This document shows positions 62,267-64,000 of a stretch of 64,000 bases of DNA, piece after piece. The first letter of the stretch is position 1. Each line of letters opens with the position of its first letter. A program made the translations under genes and the position numbers. The notes beneath the pieces are model-generated. The model was given only the letters and a program-made list of their open reading frames with translations. It ran no database searches and had not been told where the DNA came from. This stretch comes from Takakia lepidozioides (taxonomy: Eukaryota; Plantae; Bryophyta), in assembly GCA_030704615.1 (NCBI GenBank), contig CM060733.1, positions 45,942,001 to 46,006,000 of the forward strand, read 5' to 3'.

Positions 62267-63489
62267 GTATTACCCAAAATTCTGGGTATACTTATCATTG
62301 GTCGAATGACTTTGTTTCTGTTGTGCCTGCCATCCGCTTCTCTTTCTCTGGTAAAAACAGCTTAATCTGGGCAGTTACCCTGGTTTCCAATAAGTAGCAG
62401 TAATGTTCACTGATATCTCAGTAAGCCACCAGATGGGTGTTTTTAAAACCACTGTATGCCTTTTAAGCCACTCATTATTTTCCCAGTCGTTGAGTGGTTC
62501 AACAGTATGAGTGCTAACTGGTTTTCTCTTTCAGTGGTTCTGCAATAGTATCTTTTCCTTGTGATTGTGAAACAGGTTGGCAAATTTGTTAGGCAGATAG
62601 ACCAGTACAACATTTTGTTTGTCTTTTTGGTTATGGTATTGACTTTGGGGGAAGTCCTTGGACTGTGACAGATGTCGAGGCTCACTGAACTAGTGAAGCT
62701 ATTTTTTTCCTCTGTGCTTTGCTGTAATCTGCAATCAAGATCGAGGTGGTTTGTGAAAAAGTAAGTCTTGAACAAGTAGTTGTGATTGAGAGAGAACTAT
62801 CACTGGTCTGGGTTAAATGCAAATGGGCCTATGTTTATGGTTTACTGAGCATGAGTGGGCATATAGCCTTGCCAACTTGGGCTCCTAGGAGGAACCCAGT
62901 GGAAGTTAGTGCCTGCAGATATCTGCCCCCCTCTTTGCAAATAGGTAAACAAAATTGTTCTTTCTTTGGTTTGCAGGTTATTAATTGGACATGAATCTTG
63001 ACCGTCAACAAATCGTTTTAACATTATGATTGTCATAAAGCATGATGTTGGGGAGCTATGAACTAAGCCCCTTTCTACTGCTGGGGAAATATGCCAAGCA
63101 TACCACATCGATGGACTAGGAGAACTCTATTTATTGTTGAGGTCAGAAGTGATAAGGACCTTCAAGGGGGAGGGAATCCTAGTTGGAAAGTTATTATGGC
63201 ACAATACAGACAAGATTTATGAGTAGAAAAAATAAAAATAAAAATTTGGCCACAACATGATGGAGGTACAAAAAATGGTTTTAACACACAAATTTTTATT
63301 CAATAGTAAGAGTTGGTTTGTAAGCATACTTTTGCTTCCCAAGACAACATCTTTGACTTGCTGCCCCTTGACTCCTTAAGGCAACAATTAGGCACCTCAA
63401 AGTACTTGGTATGGATAATCATCACCAAACAATAATGGTCGAAATTCTTAATAATAGAGGATCCCTTCTTAAGATGGCAAGTCTAAAAG

Positions 63490-63901
63490 ATGGTGGATAA
63501 GGATGAAAGAAAAATCAGGTTTAGAAAGGCGAGTAGACCTACCATGTGGGCTAAATTCAAACGAGTATTCATGAAACAATATATGCTAAAGGATTATGCA
63601 CACATGATGAAGGTGAGATTAATGAAGCTTAGTCAGGGAAGGATGTGTGGTAGACTACATGGTGAAATTCAATGAGTGTGCTTCATATTTCTATTCCTTG
63701 AAAGAGTCTAATCGGGTGGATTTCTTATTGACTGGGCTATATAAGGCAATCGGGTTTTTGGTTCAGGCATACAATCCAAAGACAGAGGCTGATGCATATA
63801 GATTAGCCATCAACTTTGAAAGTCAGCACATGGCGCATTTGGGCACAAGTTCAGCCACTGAGAGGAATTTCAAGCCAAAGTCAAGCAGTCACAATTTTTA
63901 A
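63490..63901 (+). mobile_element. Ty3/Gypsy gag fragment, frameshifted
   Basis: PTMWAKFKRVFMKQY..LMKLSQG..VVDYMVKFNE..FLLTGL..YNPKT..AYRLA follows the retrotransposon gag pattern. Confidence 0.75.
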
Positions 63902-64000
63902 TCTTAAAACTTTGCAAATAAGTGCAAGCTGCAGTTGGAGGAGGTTGGGACCAGCACCATTTTACTACCCAATGGAGATAAAAGATCTACCAACAGCATG

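Overview
Plant nuclear DNA, most likely from a non-seed land plant (bryophyte or lycophyte grade). This is inferred from the PLS-DYW PPR style, a PHD-bearing Ty3/Gypsy integrase and RTEX-like LINEs. Four host genes were assembled by hand with phase-consistent GT-AG introns where present: a BAHD acyltransferase (21513-24269, +), VPS11 (24961-28777, -), an intronless VAPYRIN (39072-40619, +) and a very long ATXR7/SET1-type H3K4 methyltransferase (47074 to beyond 62266, +). At the left end are two broken PLS-class PPR editing-factor genes, joined across a 1.58-kb inverted copy of the BAHD 3' region from about 19 kb away. Transposon islands fill roughly 8.9-21.4 kb and 29.2-37.3 kb. Four things stand out. 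(1) About 15 copies of a hairpin + (CATTT)n-tailed non-LTR element occur only within the ATXR7 locus, including ~110-nt mini-copies that share 5' ends. (2) A CpG-rich, intronless, two-repeat gene at 18107-18806 resembles a fungal/animal family, is hidden by two frameshifts and is a candidate horizontal transfer. (3) An LTR retrotransposon whose integrase ends in a PHD finger lies just upstream of VPS11. (4) There is a piggyBac-like terminus at 16107. No tRNA, rRNA or CRISPR array was seen. All family assignments come from motif recognition only; no searches were run.
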